Positions 40,613 through 50,336 of a stretch of 62,778 nt of DNA are shown one piece after another. A model generated the notes under the pieces. The model was not told the origin of the DNA. It saw only the letters and a program-made list of their open reading frames with translations, and did not search any database. Position 1 is the first letter of the stretch. Every line of letters begins with the position of its first letter. A program made the position numbers and the translations under genes. The DNA is from Candidatus Muiribacteriota bacterium (GTDB lineage: Bacteria; Muiribacteriota; Muiribacteriia; Muiribacteriales; Muiribacteriaceae), in contig JBNJGP010000003.1 of the NCBI GenBank assembly GCA_051747805.1, positions 1 through 62,778 on the forward strand, read 5' to 3'.

Positions 40613-40643
40613 AAAAAAAGACTGAGAGGAAAAACCTCCCAGC
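40613..40643 (-). terminator. Rho-independent terminator after metK
   Basis: GCTGGGAGG-TTTTT-CCTCTCAGT stem (two G-U pairs) followed by CTTTTTT on the minus strand. Confidence 0.65.
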
Positions 40644-40661
40644 CTCTTAAATAATAAAAAA

Positions 40662-41831
40662 CTATTTATTTTTTTCTATAAAATCTTTTAACTCATTAAT
40701 TTTATCAATCTTTTCCCAGGTAAACTCAGGTTCTGTTCGGCCAAAATGACCATAAGCAGCGGTTTTTTTAAATATTGGACGTTTCAGTTCAAGCTGATTT
40801 ATCAACTCTTTAGGTCTAAGTTTAAAATTTTTTCTTACAGCTTTTTCAAGTAGTTTTTCATCAACTTTACCTGTACCAAAAGTATCCACCATAACAGAAA
40901 CAGGGTCAGATACACCTATTGCGTAGGCCAGTTGAACTTCACATCTATCTGCAAGTTTAGTTGCAACAATATTTTTTGCAATATATCTCGCCATATAAGT
41001 CGCACTTCTATCAACTTTGGAAGGATCTTTTCCTGAAAACGCTCCCCCACCATGTCTTCCAAATCCACCATAAGTATCAACAATAATTTTCCTGCCGGTT
41101 AACCCAGCATCACCCTGAGGTCCGCCCACAACAAATCTGCCTGTTGGATTTATATAGTATTTAGTCTTATCATCAACCATATCTTTACAAACAGCCATAA
41201 TCACATGTTTCATAATATCCATCTTTAAAGTTTCATGATTAACTTCTTCTGAATGCTGAGTTGAAACCACCACACTGTCAATTCTAACGGGTTTATCACC
41301 TTCATACTCAACTGAAACCTGAACTTTCCCGTCAGGTCGCAGATAATCAATTATTGAATTTCTTCTTACTTCTGAAAGTCTTTTACATAATTTATGTGAT
41401 AAATCAATAGCCATAGGCATATAACTATCTGTTTCATTTGTAGCGTATCCAAACATAAGACCCTGATCACCAGCTCCCTGATTTTGATCAACACCGGAGT
41501 TCTCATTTACTCCCTGAGCTATATCCGATGACTGCTCATCTATTGAAACTAAAACTGCACAGGTTTTATAATCAAACCCCATGTCAGAATGAACATAACC
41601 AATTTCTTTAACAGTCCTTCTGACAACTGACGGAATATCAATATATGCACATGTTGAAATTTCACCCACAACATTAATAAGTCCTGTTGTGGTTAAAGTT
41701 TCACAGGCCACTCTGGCTTCAGTATCTTTTTCAAAAATTGCATCTAAAATTGCATCTGAAATTTGATCACACATTTTATCTGGGTGACCTTCTGTAACAG
41801 ATTCTGAGGTAAAAATATATTTTTTTGGCAT
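40662..41831 (-). CDS. metK: S-adenosylmethionine synthetase
   Basis: [55 protein letters not shown]. Confidence 0.98.
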   Translation of the reverse strand: MPKKYIFTSESVTEGHPDKMCDQISDAILDAIFEKDTEARVACETLTTTGLINVVGEISTCAYIDIPSVVRRTVKEIGYVHSDMGFDYKTCAVLVSIDEQSSDIAQGVNENSGVDQNQGAGDQGLMFGYATNETDSYMPMAIDLSHKLCKRLSEVRRNSIIDYLRPDGKVQVSVEYEGDKPVRIDSVVVSTQHSEEVNHETLKMDIMKHVIMAVCKDMVDDKTKYYINPTGRFVVGGPQGDAGLTGRKIIVDTYGGFGRHGGGAFSGKDPSKVDRSATYMARYIAKNIVATKLADRCEVQLAYAIGVSDPVSVMVDTFGTGKVDEKLLEKAVRKNFKLRPKELINQLELKRPIFKKTAAYGHFGRTEPEFTWEKIDKINELKDFIEKNK

Positions 41832-41859
41832 AGTTTATACATCCTCCATTTTTGTATGA

Positions 41860-41888
41860 ATTTTACCACATAAAAAAACTATAATCAA
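41860..41888 (-). promoter_or_regulatory. metK: Sigma70-type promoter for metK
   Basis: TTGATT-N17-TAAAAT with a TG extended -10 (TGGTAAAAT); GGAGG RBS downstream. Confidence 0.6.
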
Positions 41889-41936
41889 ATTTATTTAAAA
41901 CCAACAGTAAAACGAGTGGTCAGGTCGAGAAGAGCC

Positions 41937-41978
41937 GTGAGAGGTGAGAAGTAAGAAGTGAGACGATAAGATCAAGAG
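41937..41978. repeat. Degenerate 7-nt tandem repeat
   Basis: GTGAGAG GTGAGAA GTAAGAA GTGAGAC GATAAGA TCAAGAG. Confidence 0.6.
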
Positions 41979-42019
41979 GTTAAAATTTATTACGAAACAA
42001 AATCCCATTGAGAATTGCT

Positions 42020-42051
42020 GGGCAGATTACCGGATTAACCGGAATCTGCCC
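42020..42051 (-). other. Strong hairpin just downstream of the hydrogenase operon
   Basis: GGGCAGATT(A)CCGG-ATTAA-CCGGAATCTGCCC, 13-bp stem with one bulge, no U-tract. Confidence 0.65.
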
Positions 42052-42060
42052 ATATTAAAT

Positions 42061-43806
42061 TTATATATTCCACTCTCTCTTTGTATAATGAGTGTGTAAA
42101 AGTTTATGGGATTTTTCACCCAGTGGTTTTTCTAAAAATTCTTTGTATATCGTCTTAATCGCAGGACTTTCATGGGATTTCCTAAGTTCCATATTAGAAT
42201 CTTCACAATATATAGCATCCATTCTAGCCTGTCTTTTTTCAGGTGAAGTTGGTCTAGGTTGACCGCCGCCGCCAATACATCCACTTGGGCAGCACATAAT
42301 CTCAATAAAATGATAATCTGCCTCACCAGCTCTAATTTTATCAAGAACTTTTCTTGCATTTGAAAGACCGTTGGTAACAGCAACTTTAACAGGCAAATCT
42401 CCAACCTGTACTGTTGCCTCTTTTACTCCTTCCATACCGCGACACATTTTAAGGTCAATTGAAGGAAGCTCTTCTTTTGTTACAACTTCATAAACAGTTC
42501 TTAAAGCAGCTTCCATAACACCGCCAGTAGAACCAAAAATCGCGGCAGCACCGGTAGTTATTCCAAACGGATCATCAAATTTTTCACCCTCTGTCTGCTC
42601 AAAATCCACTCCTGCAACTTTCATCATTTTACCAAGTTCTCTGGTAGTTAAAACAACATCAACATCCTGATAACCGCTTGAGTTCATTTCAGGTCTATTA
42701 CATTCGTATTTTTTAGCAGTACATGGCATAATTGAAACTACCTTTATTTTAGATGCATCAAGTTTTTCTTTTTCAGGATAATATGTTTTTGCAAGAGCAC
42801 CAAACATTTGTTGTGGAGATTTACAGGTTGAAACATTTGGAATTAAATCAGGATAAAAAGTTTCCATAAATTTAATCCAGCCTGGTGAACAGGAAGTTAT
42901 CATCGGAAGAGCAACATCTTTATCGCCGCCTAATAATTTATTAACTCTTTCTAGAAGCTCATGACCCTCTTCCATAATGGTAAGATCTGCTGTAAAGTCA
43001 GTATCAAAAACTTTATCAAAACCCAATTTTCTAATAGCAGCAACCATTTTTTCAGTTGAAAGATATCCATGTTCAAGACCTAGTTCTTCCCCAATTGAAA
43101 CCCTAATTGCAGGTGCTGTTTGAATTACAACATGAGTATCTGGATCTTCTATCCATTCCCATACTTTGCCTGTTTCATCTTTTTCATGAAGAGCTCCCGT
43201 AGGACACACGTTAACACATTGCCCGCAGTATGTGCATGTAGTTTCATGAAGTTTTTTATCTCCAGTTGGAACAGCCATTTTTTCATAGCCTCTGCCGTTA
43301 AACTCAAGAGCATTAACAGTCTGCACCTCTTGACAAGCTCTCAGGCATCTACCGCAGTTTATACATTTTTCATGTTCTCTTACTATTATTCCCGATTCTT
43401 CTTCTTTTTTCTTTGCTGGAAGTTGATTTGAAAAGTAAACATCAGTCATCCCAAAATCAGCAGCTAATTCTTGAAGTTCACAGGAAGTATTTCTTTCACA
43501 TTTTAGACAATCCTGAGGGTGTCTTGAAAGCATAAGCTCAACAGCCATTCTTCTTGCTTCCCTGACCTCTTTAGAATTAGTATTTACAACCATTCCATCC
43601 CATACACGAAATGCACAGGAAGGTTGAAAAAGTCTCTGCCCTTCAATATCAACAACACATACCCTACAGGAACCAACTTCCCTTAAATCCGGATGATAGC
43701 ATAAAACGGGAATATTTATTCCTGCCTGTTTACACGCTTCCAGCACAGTAATTCCTTCAGGTACTTCATATTTTTTTCCATCTATAGTTACATTAATATT
43801 ACTCAT
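42061..43806 (-). CDS. hydA: [FeFe]-hydrogenase catalytic subunit (group A3, HydA/HndD-like), copy 2
   Basis: N-terminal [2Fe-2S], His-ligated [4Fe-4S] (HPQDCLKC), 2x[4Fe-4S]; H-cluster motifs ITSCSPGW, MPCTAKKYE, EIMCCPSGCIGGGGQP. Confidence 0.95.
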   Translation of the reverse strand: MSNINVTIDGKKYEVPEGITVLEACKQAGINIPVLCYHPDLREVGSCRVCVVDIEGQRLFQPSCAFRVWDGMVVNTNSKEVREARRMAVELMLSRHPQDCLKCERNTSCELQELAADFGMTDVYFSNQLPAKKKEEESGIIVREHEKCINCGRCLRACQEVQTVNALEFNGRGYEKMAVPTGDKKLHETTCTYCGQCVNVCPTGALHEKDETGKVWEWIEDPDTHVVIQTAPAIRVSIGEELGLEHGYLSTEKMVAAIRKLGFDKVFDTDFTADLTIMEEGHELLERVNKLLGGDKDVALPMITSCSPGWIKFMETFYPDLIPNVSTCKSPQQMFGALAKTYYPEKEKLDASKIKVVSIMPCTAKKYECNRPEMNSSGYQDVDVVLTTRELGKMMKVAGVDFEQTEGEKFDDPFGITTGAAAIFGSTGGVMEAALRTVYEVVTKEELPSIDLKMCRGMEGVKEATVQVGDLPVKVAVTNGLSNARKVLDKIRAGEADYHFIEIMCCPSGCIGGGGQPRPTSPEKRQARMDAIYCEDSNMELRKSHESPAIKTIYKEFLEKPLGEKSHKLLHTHYTKREWNI

Positions 43807-45393
43807 TTATTCCCCCTCCTTTATGCCTTGAAGAATTTCATTTTCAAAATGTTTTAATCCATCTAAAAATGGATTTACCGCAGCTTGTCCTAATCCACAG
43901 AACGAAGCTTTTTTCATTACATTACAGAGTGATTTCAGCTTTTTAATATCTTCTTTTTTCCCCTGTTTATTATTGAAATTATTAAACATCTCATGAATTC
44001 GGAATGTTCCTTCCCGGCAAGGAGTACATTTACCACAGGACTCATGTTTAAAAAACTGAGCAACTGATAGAAGATAATCGTTTATATCAATATCTTCAGA
44101 ACAGAATAAAATAACACCTGAACCATGAGTTAAATTTTCTGAGGCAAGAGTATCAAGGTCAAGTTTAATATCGAAGTCCTCTTCAGGAACAATATTACCA
44201 GAAGAGCCGCCAATATGAGCAAATTTTACTTTTTTACCAGATTTTGTTCCTCTAGCTATTTTTTCATAAACTTCTCTTAAAGTTATTCCCATTGGAACTT
44301 CAATAATACCTTTTTCGTTTATATCACCAATAATTGTAAAAACTTTAGTGCCTGCCGAACCTTCTACTCCAGTTTTTTTAAACCAGTCGGCGCCGTTTAA
44401 AATTATCTGAGGAAGATTTGCAAAAGTTTCTACATTGTTAACCACTGTAGGTTTTCCAAAAAGTCCCGCAACTCCAGGATAAGGAGGTTTTAATCTTGGT
44501 TCCCCTCTTTTGCCTTCAATTGATTCTATCAGGGCAGTTTCTTCGCCGCAGATATAAGCACCCGCGCCAAGACAGACTTCGATATCAAAATCAAAGCCGG
44601 AACCCATAATATTTTTTCCAAGAAGATTCAGCTCTTTTGCGTCTTTTATCGCTTTATTAATTTTTTCAATTGAAAGTTTATATTCACCACGAATATATAT
44701 ATAACCTTTTGTAGCACCTATTGTATATCCACAAATTGTCATAGCCTCAATAACACTGTGAGGGTCACCTTCCATTATAAGTCTATCCTTAAATGTTCCA
44801 GGTTCACCTTCATCAGCATTACATATAACATATTTTTGATCAGCATCTTTGATATTGTGGGTAAATCCCCATTTAACACCAGTTGGAAAAGCTGCTCCAC
44901 CACGGCCTTTCAAATTGGAATCTTTTACAAGCTCAAGAACCTCTTCAGGACTCATTTCTTCCAAAGCCTTCCCAAGAGCCATATATCCATCATTTGCAAT
45001 ATATTCATTAATATTTTCCGGATCAATTACCCCAGCATTTTTCAAAACAATACGAACCTGCCCGTCAAGAAGCTTTTCAACTTTACCAGATTCTATATGC
45101 TGTCTCGCCTCATCGGAAGGAATAAGTCTTTTAACCTGTCTTCCTTTTATAAGATGTTCCTGAACTAACTCTTCAACATCCTCTGATTTCAAACCTACAT
45201 AAGTAGTTCCTTCAGGATAAACAATAATTGAAACATCATCAAAACCCATACTTCCGGTTTCAACAACTCTAACCTCATTTTGTATTCCCTGCTTTTGAAT
45301 TTCTGAAAGCAGAGCCTCTTTTACCCCTTTTGCCCCTTTTAAAAGAGACGGAGTATCCATACTTATTAAAATATGCGACCTATAAAATTTCAT
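43807..45393 (-). CDS. hydB: NADH/FMN-binding beta subunit (NuoF-like HydB), short form with non-bifurcating signatures
   Basis: GRGGAAFPTG, NADEGEPGTFKDR, GAYICGEETAL, ESCGKCTPCREG; Cys-less N-terminal Trx-like domain; no C-terminal ferredoxin. Confidence 0.9.
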   Translation of the reverse strand: MKFYRSHILISMDTPSLLKGAKGVKEALLSEIQKQGIQNEVRVVETGSMGFDDVSIIVYPEGTTYVGLKSEDVEELVQEHLIKGRQVKRLIPSDEARQHIESGKVEKLLDGQVRIVLKNAGVIDPENINEYIANDGYMALGKALEEMSPEEVLELVKDSNLKGRGGAAFPTGVKWGFTHNIKDADQKYVICNADEGEPGTFKDRLIMEGDPHSVIEAMTICGYTIGATKGYIYIRGEYKLSIEKINKAIKDAKELNLLGKNIMGSGFDFDIEVCLGAGAYICGEETALIESIEGKRGEPRLKPPYPGVAGLFGKPTVVNNVETFANLPQIILNGADWFKKTGVEGSAGTKVFTIIGDINEKGIIEVPMGITLREVYEKIARGTKSGKKVKFAHIGGSSGNIVPEEDFDIKLDLDTLASENLTHGSGVILFCSEDIDINDYLLSVAQFFKHESCGKCTPCREGTFRIHEMFNNFNNKQGKKEDIKKLKSLCNVMKKASFCGLGQAAVNPFLDGLKHFENEILQGIKEGE

Positions 45394-45409
45394 TTATTTC
45401 CCCTCCATA

Positions 45410-45886
45410 TTAATTGTAGTTTTCAAGTACTTTTTTAACGCTTTCAGGATTAAGATTTCCGTGTACATCTTCATTAATCATTACTGCAGGAGCTACCGCA
45501 CAAACACCAAGACATGGTGTAAGCTCCAGGGTGAATTTACCATCAGCTGTTGTCTGATTAACATCAACCCCGAGTTCTTTTTTAAAAGATTCTAAAACAT
45601 CTTTTGCTCCCAGTACATGGCAGGGACTTGATTCACACATTCTTATAACATATTTGCCGCGTTTTTTGTTAGAAAACATTGCATAGAAACTTGTAACCCC
45701 ATAAAGTTTATTCAGGGGGATTTTTGTATGCTCTGCTAATTTCTGCATACATTCATCACAAATATAATTTTCTCCACTTGCATCCTGCATTTTGTGAAGA
45801 ACATCCATAAGATTTCCCTTTTCTTTTGAATATTCTTTCAGGATTGCACTTACATCAACATTACAGCAAGCCATAATTTCCTCCAT
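45410..45886 (-). CDS. hydC: [2Fe-2S] gamma subunit (NuoE-like HydC), copy 2
   Basis: CESSPCHV...CLGVCAVAP; FYAMF. Confidence 0.92.
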   Translation of the reverse strand: MEEIMACCNVDVSAILKEYSKEKGNLMDVLHKMQDASGENYICDECMQKLAEHTKIPLNKLYGVTSFYAMFSNKKRGKYVIRMCESSPCHVLGAKDVLESFKKELGVDVNQTTADGKFTLELTPCLGVCAVAPAVMINEDVHGNLNPESVKKVLENYN

Positions 45887-45923
45887 CTTTTTTTTATCAG
45901 ACTAAAAAGCCCTTTCTTTATTT

Positions 45924-47669
45924 TTATACCTCTTTATAATATTCCTGAGGTTGATACTTAGTATGTAAATATTTATGGGCTGTTTTACTTAATGGGTCTC
46001 CTAAAAAGTTTTTATAAAGCTCTTTAATTGCAGGATTTTCATGGGATTTTCTAAGTTTCATTTTTTTATCTGCTCCATAAATCCCATCTATTCGCTGTAG
46101 CCTTATTTCATTTGTAGTAGGTTTAGGTTGTCCCCCGCCGCCTATACAGCCACCGGGGCAGGCCATTATCTCAATAAAATGATAATCCGCCTCACCTTTT
46201 TTAACTTTATCCATAAGAACCCTTGCATTTGCAAGGCCGCTTGCAACAGCCACTTTCAGCTCTGTTTCTTTACCATCTACTTTTGTTTTAACAGAAGCCT
46301 CTTTAACTCCGTTTAACTTTAAGCCTCTTACCATCTCAAAATCTATTTTCTCAAGCTCATGTCCTTCGACAGTTTCAATAGCAGTTCTCAGGGCAGCTTC
46401 CATAACACCACCTGAAGCGCCAAATATAAGGGCAGCGCCAGTTGAAATACCAAGTGGATTATCAGGCTCTTCATCTTTTAAATTCAGAAAATCAACTTTT
46501 GCCGACTTAATCATTTTTGCAAATTCTCTTGTAGTTAAGACAATATCCACATCTGGATTTCCTTCTACAGAAAGTTCTTTCCTTGCTGCCTCACCTTTTT
46601 TTGCAGTACAGGGCATAATAGAAATATTAACAATTTTTTCAGGATTTATATTATTTTGCTTTGCAAAATAACTTTTAACCATGGCACCCAGCATTTGAGC
46701 AGGTGATTTTGCACTTGAGAGATGTGGAATAAGTTCAGGATAAAAAGTTTCCATAAAGTTTACCCAGCCTGGTGAACAGGAAGTTATCATAGGAAGAGTT
46801 TTATTATTTTTTAACCTGTGAATAAACTCATTACCTTCTTCCATAATAGTTAAATCAGCCCCAAAATCAGTATCAAAAATATGATCAAAACCAAGCTTTC
46901 GCATAGCCGAAAATATTTTACCAGTCACTACTGTCCCTGGATTCAGACCGAACTCTTCACCCAGAGTAACACGTACAGAAGGCGCAACCTGAACCACTGT
47001 AATTTTTTCAGGGTCTAGTATAGCATCCCAGGCTTCATCAATATTTTCTTTATCTTTAAGTGCCGCAACAGGGCAGGAAAGTACACATTGTCCACAACTT
47101 GTGCAAACAGAATCTTTAAGAAGATTATCAAAAGGAGTTCCAACTTCGGCATTAAACCCTCTTTTCTTAGAATAAATTGCACCAACTGTTTGAACAGTAT
47201 TACACATTGTTTCACATCTTTTACAGTATATACATTTTTCACCATCATATCTGAGTGTTTCTGTAACTTTATCCTCGCCTCTTAAAGATTTTTCACCTTC
47301 ATAGGGAATAATATCAATTCCGAGCTCAGCAGCTAAAGTCTGAAGCTCACAGTTCATATTTCTTTCACAGGTTAAACATGTAGTTGGATGATCGGACAGA
47401 ATCAGTTCCAGAACAAACTTCCTTGCCTGGCGAATTTTTTGAGAATTAGTTTTTACTTTCATTCCATCCCTTAAAGGAGCAGTACACGCCGCCTGCAATT
47501 TTGGATTATCGTCTATTTGAACCAGACACATTCTACATGCACCAATTTTTTGTATCTCTGGAACATGGCAGAGAGTAGGTATTTTTACTTTAGCCTTCTG
47601 CGCTGCCTCAAGAACAGTCTTTTCTGATTCTATGTTTATTTTTTTATCATTAATATAAATACTAATCAT
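45924..47669 (-). CDS. hydA: [FeFe]-hydrogenase catalytic subunit (group A3, HndD/HydA), copy 1
   Basis: Same cluster inventory as copy 2; ITSCSPGW, MPCTAKKGE, EIMACPGGCIGGGGQP. Confidence 0.95.
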   Translation of the reverse strand: MISIYINDKKINIESEKTVLEAAQKAKVKIPTLCHVPEIQKIGACRMCLVQIDDNPKLQAACTAPLRDGMKVKTNSQKIRQARKFVLELILSDHPTTCLTCERNMNCELQTLAAELGIDIIPYEGEKSLRGEDKVTETLRYDGEKCIYCKRCETMCNTVQTVGAIYSKKRGFNAEVGTPFDNLLKDSVCTSCGQCVLSCPVAALKDKENIDEAWDAILDPEKITVVQVAPSVRVTLGEEFGLNPGTVVTGKIFSAMRKLGFDHIFDTDFGADLTIMEEGNEFIHRLKNNKTLPMITSCSPGWVNFMETFYPELIPHLSSAKSPAQMLGAMVKSYFAKQNNINPEKIVNISIMPCTAKKGEAARKELSVEGNPDVDIVLTTREFAKMIKSAKVDFLNLKDEEPDNPLGISTGAALIFGASGGVMEAALRTAIETVEGHELEKIDFEMVRGLKLNGVKEASVKTKVDGKETELKVAVASGLANARVLMDKVKKGEADYHFIEIMACPGGCIGGGGQPKPTTNEIRLQRIDGIYGADKKMKLRKSHENPAIKELYKNFLGDPLSKTAHKYLHTKYQPQEYYKEV

Positions 47670-47677
47670 TACTCCCC

Positions 47678-49462
47678 CTACTCCACTTCAATTGCATCAA
47701 ACGGGCATTTTTCATAACACATTCCACATTTAATACAATTATCCTGATCTATTATATGAAGCTCTTTTCTTTCTCCTGAAATAACATCTACAGGACATGC
47801 TTTTTTACATACTCCACAGCCTACACATTTTTCGGTTATTTCATATTTAACTAAATCAGTACATATTTTTGCACGACATTTTCCTTTTTGAATATGTTCG
47901 ATATACTCATCTTTAAAATACCTGATTGTTGAAAGGACAGGATTAGCAGCGGTTTGCCCCAGACCGCATAATGAAGTTTCACAAACCTGCTGACCAAGAT
48001 AAATCAATCTATCGAGGTCTTCTATTGAGGCTTTATTACTTGTAATTTTATCAAGAATTTCATACATTCTTTTTGTGCCAATTCTACATGGAGTACATTT
48101 GCCACATGATTCATCTACGCAAAACTGCATGAAAAACTTCGCCAAATCAACCATACAGGTTTTTTCATCCATAACAATAAGACCGCCCGAACCCATCATG
48201 GTTCCTAGACTCTTCAAGGAATCAAAATCGATTTTTACATCAAGGTTCTCGGCAGAAATACAGCCACCCGAAGGACCACCCGTCTGCGCAGCTTTAAATT
48301 TATTACCATCTGTAATCCCGCCACCTATATCATAAATAATTTCTCTGAGAGATGTTCCCATTGGCACTTCAACAAGTCCCGCATTTGCAATATCACCTGC
48401 AAGAGCAAACACTTTTGTTCCTGGACTATCTTCAGTTCCAATACTTCTAAACTCCTGCCAGCCTTTTTGAATAATATAGCTTATGTTAGCATAAGTTTCG
48501 ACATTATTTATAACTGTAGGTTTCTCAAATAAACCTTTCGCCGCAGGATATGGTGGTCTGGGACGTGGCTCTCCTCTTTTTCCTTCTATTGAATGAATAA
48601 GAGCAGTTTCTTCGCCGCAGACAAAAGCTCCAGCACCAATTCTAACTTCCATATCAAAATTAAATCCGCTGTCAAGAATATTATTCCCAAGCAGGCCATA
48701 TTTTCTGGCCTGAGAAATAGCATTATTTAACCTTTCAATAGCAAGCGGATATTCGGCACGGCAGTAAATAAAACCTTTTGAAGCCCCAGTTGCATATCCA
48801 GCAATCATCATTCCCTCAATAACAAGGTGAGGGTCACCTTCTAATACAGAACGATCCATAAATGCACCGGGATCACCTTCATCTGCATTACATACAACAT
48901 ATTTTAAATCACTTTCGGCCGCCAGGGTAAACTGCCATTTAAGACCGGTGGGAAATCCTCCTCCACCTCTACCTCTAAGTCCTGACTGTTTAACTTCTTC
49001 AATTACATCCGCACTTCTCATGGTAACGGCTTTTGCAATACCTTCATATCCGTCTCTTGCAAGATACTCTTCAATTTTTGTAGGATCGATAAAACCACAG
49101 TTTCTAAGTACTATTTTTTTCTGTCTTTTAAAAAACCCAATATCATTAATTTTTTCAATAAGCTTGTTATCCGGAGATTTAAATAGATACTTATTAACAA
49201 CTCTTCCCTTTAAAACATGCTCTGTAACGATTTCTTCCATATTTTCAGGTTTAAGCCGCTGATAAAAAATACCCTCTGGATAAACAACTACTATAGGTCC
49301 AAGCTCACAAGAACCCATACATCCTGTTTCAAGTATATTAACTTCATTTTCAAGCCCGTGCTTTTTAATTGCCTCTTCAAGAGCTTCTTTGACTTTAATG
49401 CACCCCGAGGATATACATCCGGCGCCGGCACATACAAGCAAATGCATTCTTATTTTTGCCAT
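47678..49462 (-). CDS. hydB: NADH/FMN-binding beta subunit (HndC/HydB), full-length bifurcating type
   Basis: N-terminal CAGAGC...GCMGSC, NADEGDPGAFMDR, GAFVCGEE, GGPSGGC, HIQKGKCRAKIC, C-terminal 2x[4Fe-4S]. Confidence 0.93.
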   Translation of the reverse strand: MAKIRMHLLVCAGAGCISSGCIKVKEALEEAIKKHGLENEVNILETGCMGSCELGPIVVVYPEGIFYQRLKPENMEEIVTEHVLKGRVVNKYLFKSPDNKLIEKINDIGFFKRQKKIVLRNCGFIDPTKIEEYLARDGYEGIAKAVTMRSADVIEEVKQSGLRGRGGGGFPTGLKWQFTLAAESDLKYVVCNADEGDPGAFMDRSVLEGDPHLVIEGMMIAGYATGASKGFIYCRAEYPLAIERLNNAISQARKYGLLGNNILDSGFNFDMEVRIGAGAFVCGEETALIHSIEGKRGEPRPRPPYPAAKGLFEKPTVINNVETYANISYIIQKGWQEFRSIGTEDSPGTKVFALAGDIANAGLVEVPMGTSLREIIYDIGGGITDGNKFKAAQTGGPSGGCISAENLDVKIDFDSLKSLGTMMGSGGLIVMDEKTCMVDLAKFFMQFCVDESCGKCTPCRIGTKRMYEILDKITSNKASIEDLDRLIYLGQQVCETSLCGLGQTAANPVLSTIRYFKDEYIEHIQKGKCRAKICTDLVKYEITEKCVGCGVCKKACPVDVISGERKELHIIDQDNCIKCGMCYEKCPFDAIEVE

Positions 49463-49950
49463 TACGCCTCCTTCTTTCTGTATCCTTCAATAATACCGTC
49501 AATTTCTTTTTGCGTAACTCTTTTATAAATATCAACATCATTTACAACAACTACAGGTGCAAGTGAACAGGCTCCAACACAACGGACAGTCTCCAGAGAA
49601 AACATTCCATCTCTGGTAGTGCTACCGGGTTCAATATTAAGCTTTTCGGCAAACTGTTCAACTAATTTGTTAGCACCACGAACATAACAGGCAGTACCAG
49701 TACAAATTTTTATTACATATTTCCCTTTAGGAACCATATTAAAAAAATGATAAAAAGTTACTGTTCCGTATATTACAGAAAGCGGAATTGAAAGTCCATC
49801 AGAAATACGTTTCTGAATTGCCGGAGTTAATGCACCGTACTCAGTTTGAGCAGCATGAAGGACATTAATTAAAATTCCTTCTTTTGTTTTATTTTTCTCA
49901 ATCAAATCATCCAGATAACTAAAATCTATCTGTTTTTCACACCCACACAT
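49462..49950 (-). CDS. hydC: [2Fe-2S] subunit (HndA/HydC, NuoE-like), copy 1
   Basis: CTGTACYVRG...CVGACSLAP; TFYHFF. Confidence 0.93.
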   Translation of the reverse strand: MCGCEKQIDFSYLDDLIEKNKTKEGILINVLHAAQTEYGALTPAIQKRISDGLSIPLSVIYGTVTFYHFFNMVPKGKYVIKICTGTACYVRGANKLVEQFAEKLNIEPGSTTRDGMFSLETVRCVGACSLAPVVVVNDVDIYKRVTQKEIDGIIEGYRKKEA

Positions 49951-49965
49951 AATATATAACCGTCC

Positions 49966-50331
49966 TTAATTATTTTCTTGTGCAAATACCATATCTCCAA
50001 TTATATTTCCATTAACAATATGTTCGGCAACTATTTTTTTAGCCCCTTCAACATCAACTTTTTTATAAATTATTTTTTTACCATCTTTTTCCACCTCTAC
50101 AAGAGGTTCCTGTTCACAATAACCCATGCATCCGCTTTGAGTAACAATAACATCTTCAATATTTCTTTTTTCAATTTCATCCATAATTGCTTTTGTTACA
50201 TCTCTAGCACCCGCTGCTATACCGCATGTACCAGTTCCAACAACCACTCTGGCATTTGCTTTTCCCTCACGTGACTTAAGATTTGAAACAGCCTGTTCCT
50301 TTAATTTTTTTAACTCATCAAGTGTTGTCAT
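49966..50331 (-). CDS. Thioredoxin-like [2Fe-2S] ferredoxin subunit (HndB/HydD)
   Basis: VVGTGTCGIAAGAR...SGCMGYCEQEPLVEV. Confidence 0.88.
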   Translation of the reverse strand: MTTLDELKKLKEQAVSNLKSREGKANARVVVGTGTCGIAAGARDVTKAIMDEIEKRNIEDVIVTQSGCMGYCEQEPLVEVEKDGKKIIYKKVDVEGAKKIVAEHIVNGNIIGDMVFAQENN

Positions 50332-50336
50332 TTAAC

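Noticed and set aside
41937-41978. Heptamer repeat read as a CRISPR array
   Set aside because: Units are 7 nt and contiguous with no spacers, and there are no cas genes
41832-42060. SAM riboswitch upstream of metK
   Set aside because: No SAM-I core (AUC-AGAG...GAU) or SMK-box pattern seen, and the predicted promoter is only about 30 nt from the start codon
43807-50331. Annotating the NuoE/NuoF-like genes as respiratory complex I
   Set aside because: No membrane nuo subunits, and they are interleaved with H-cluster hydA genes
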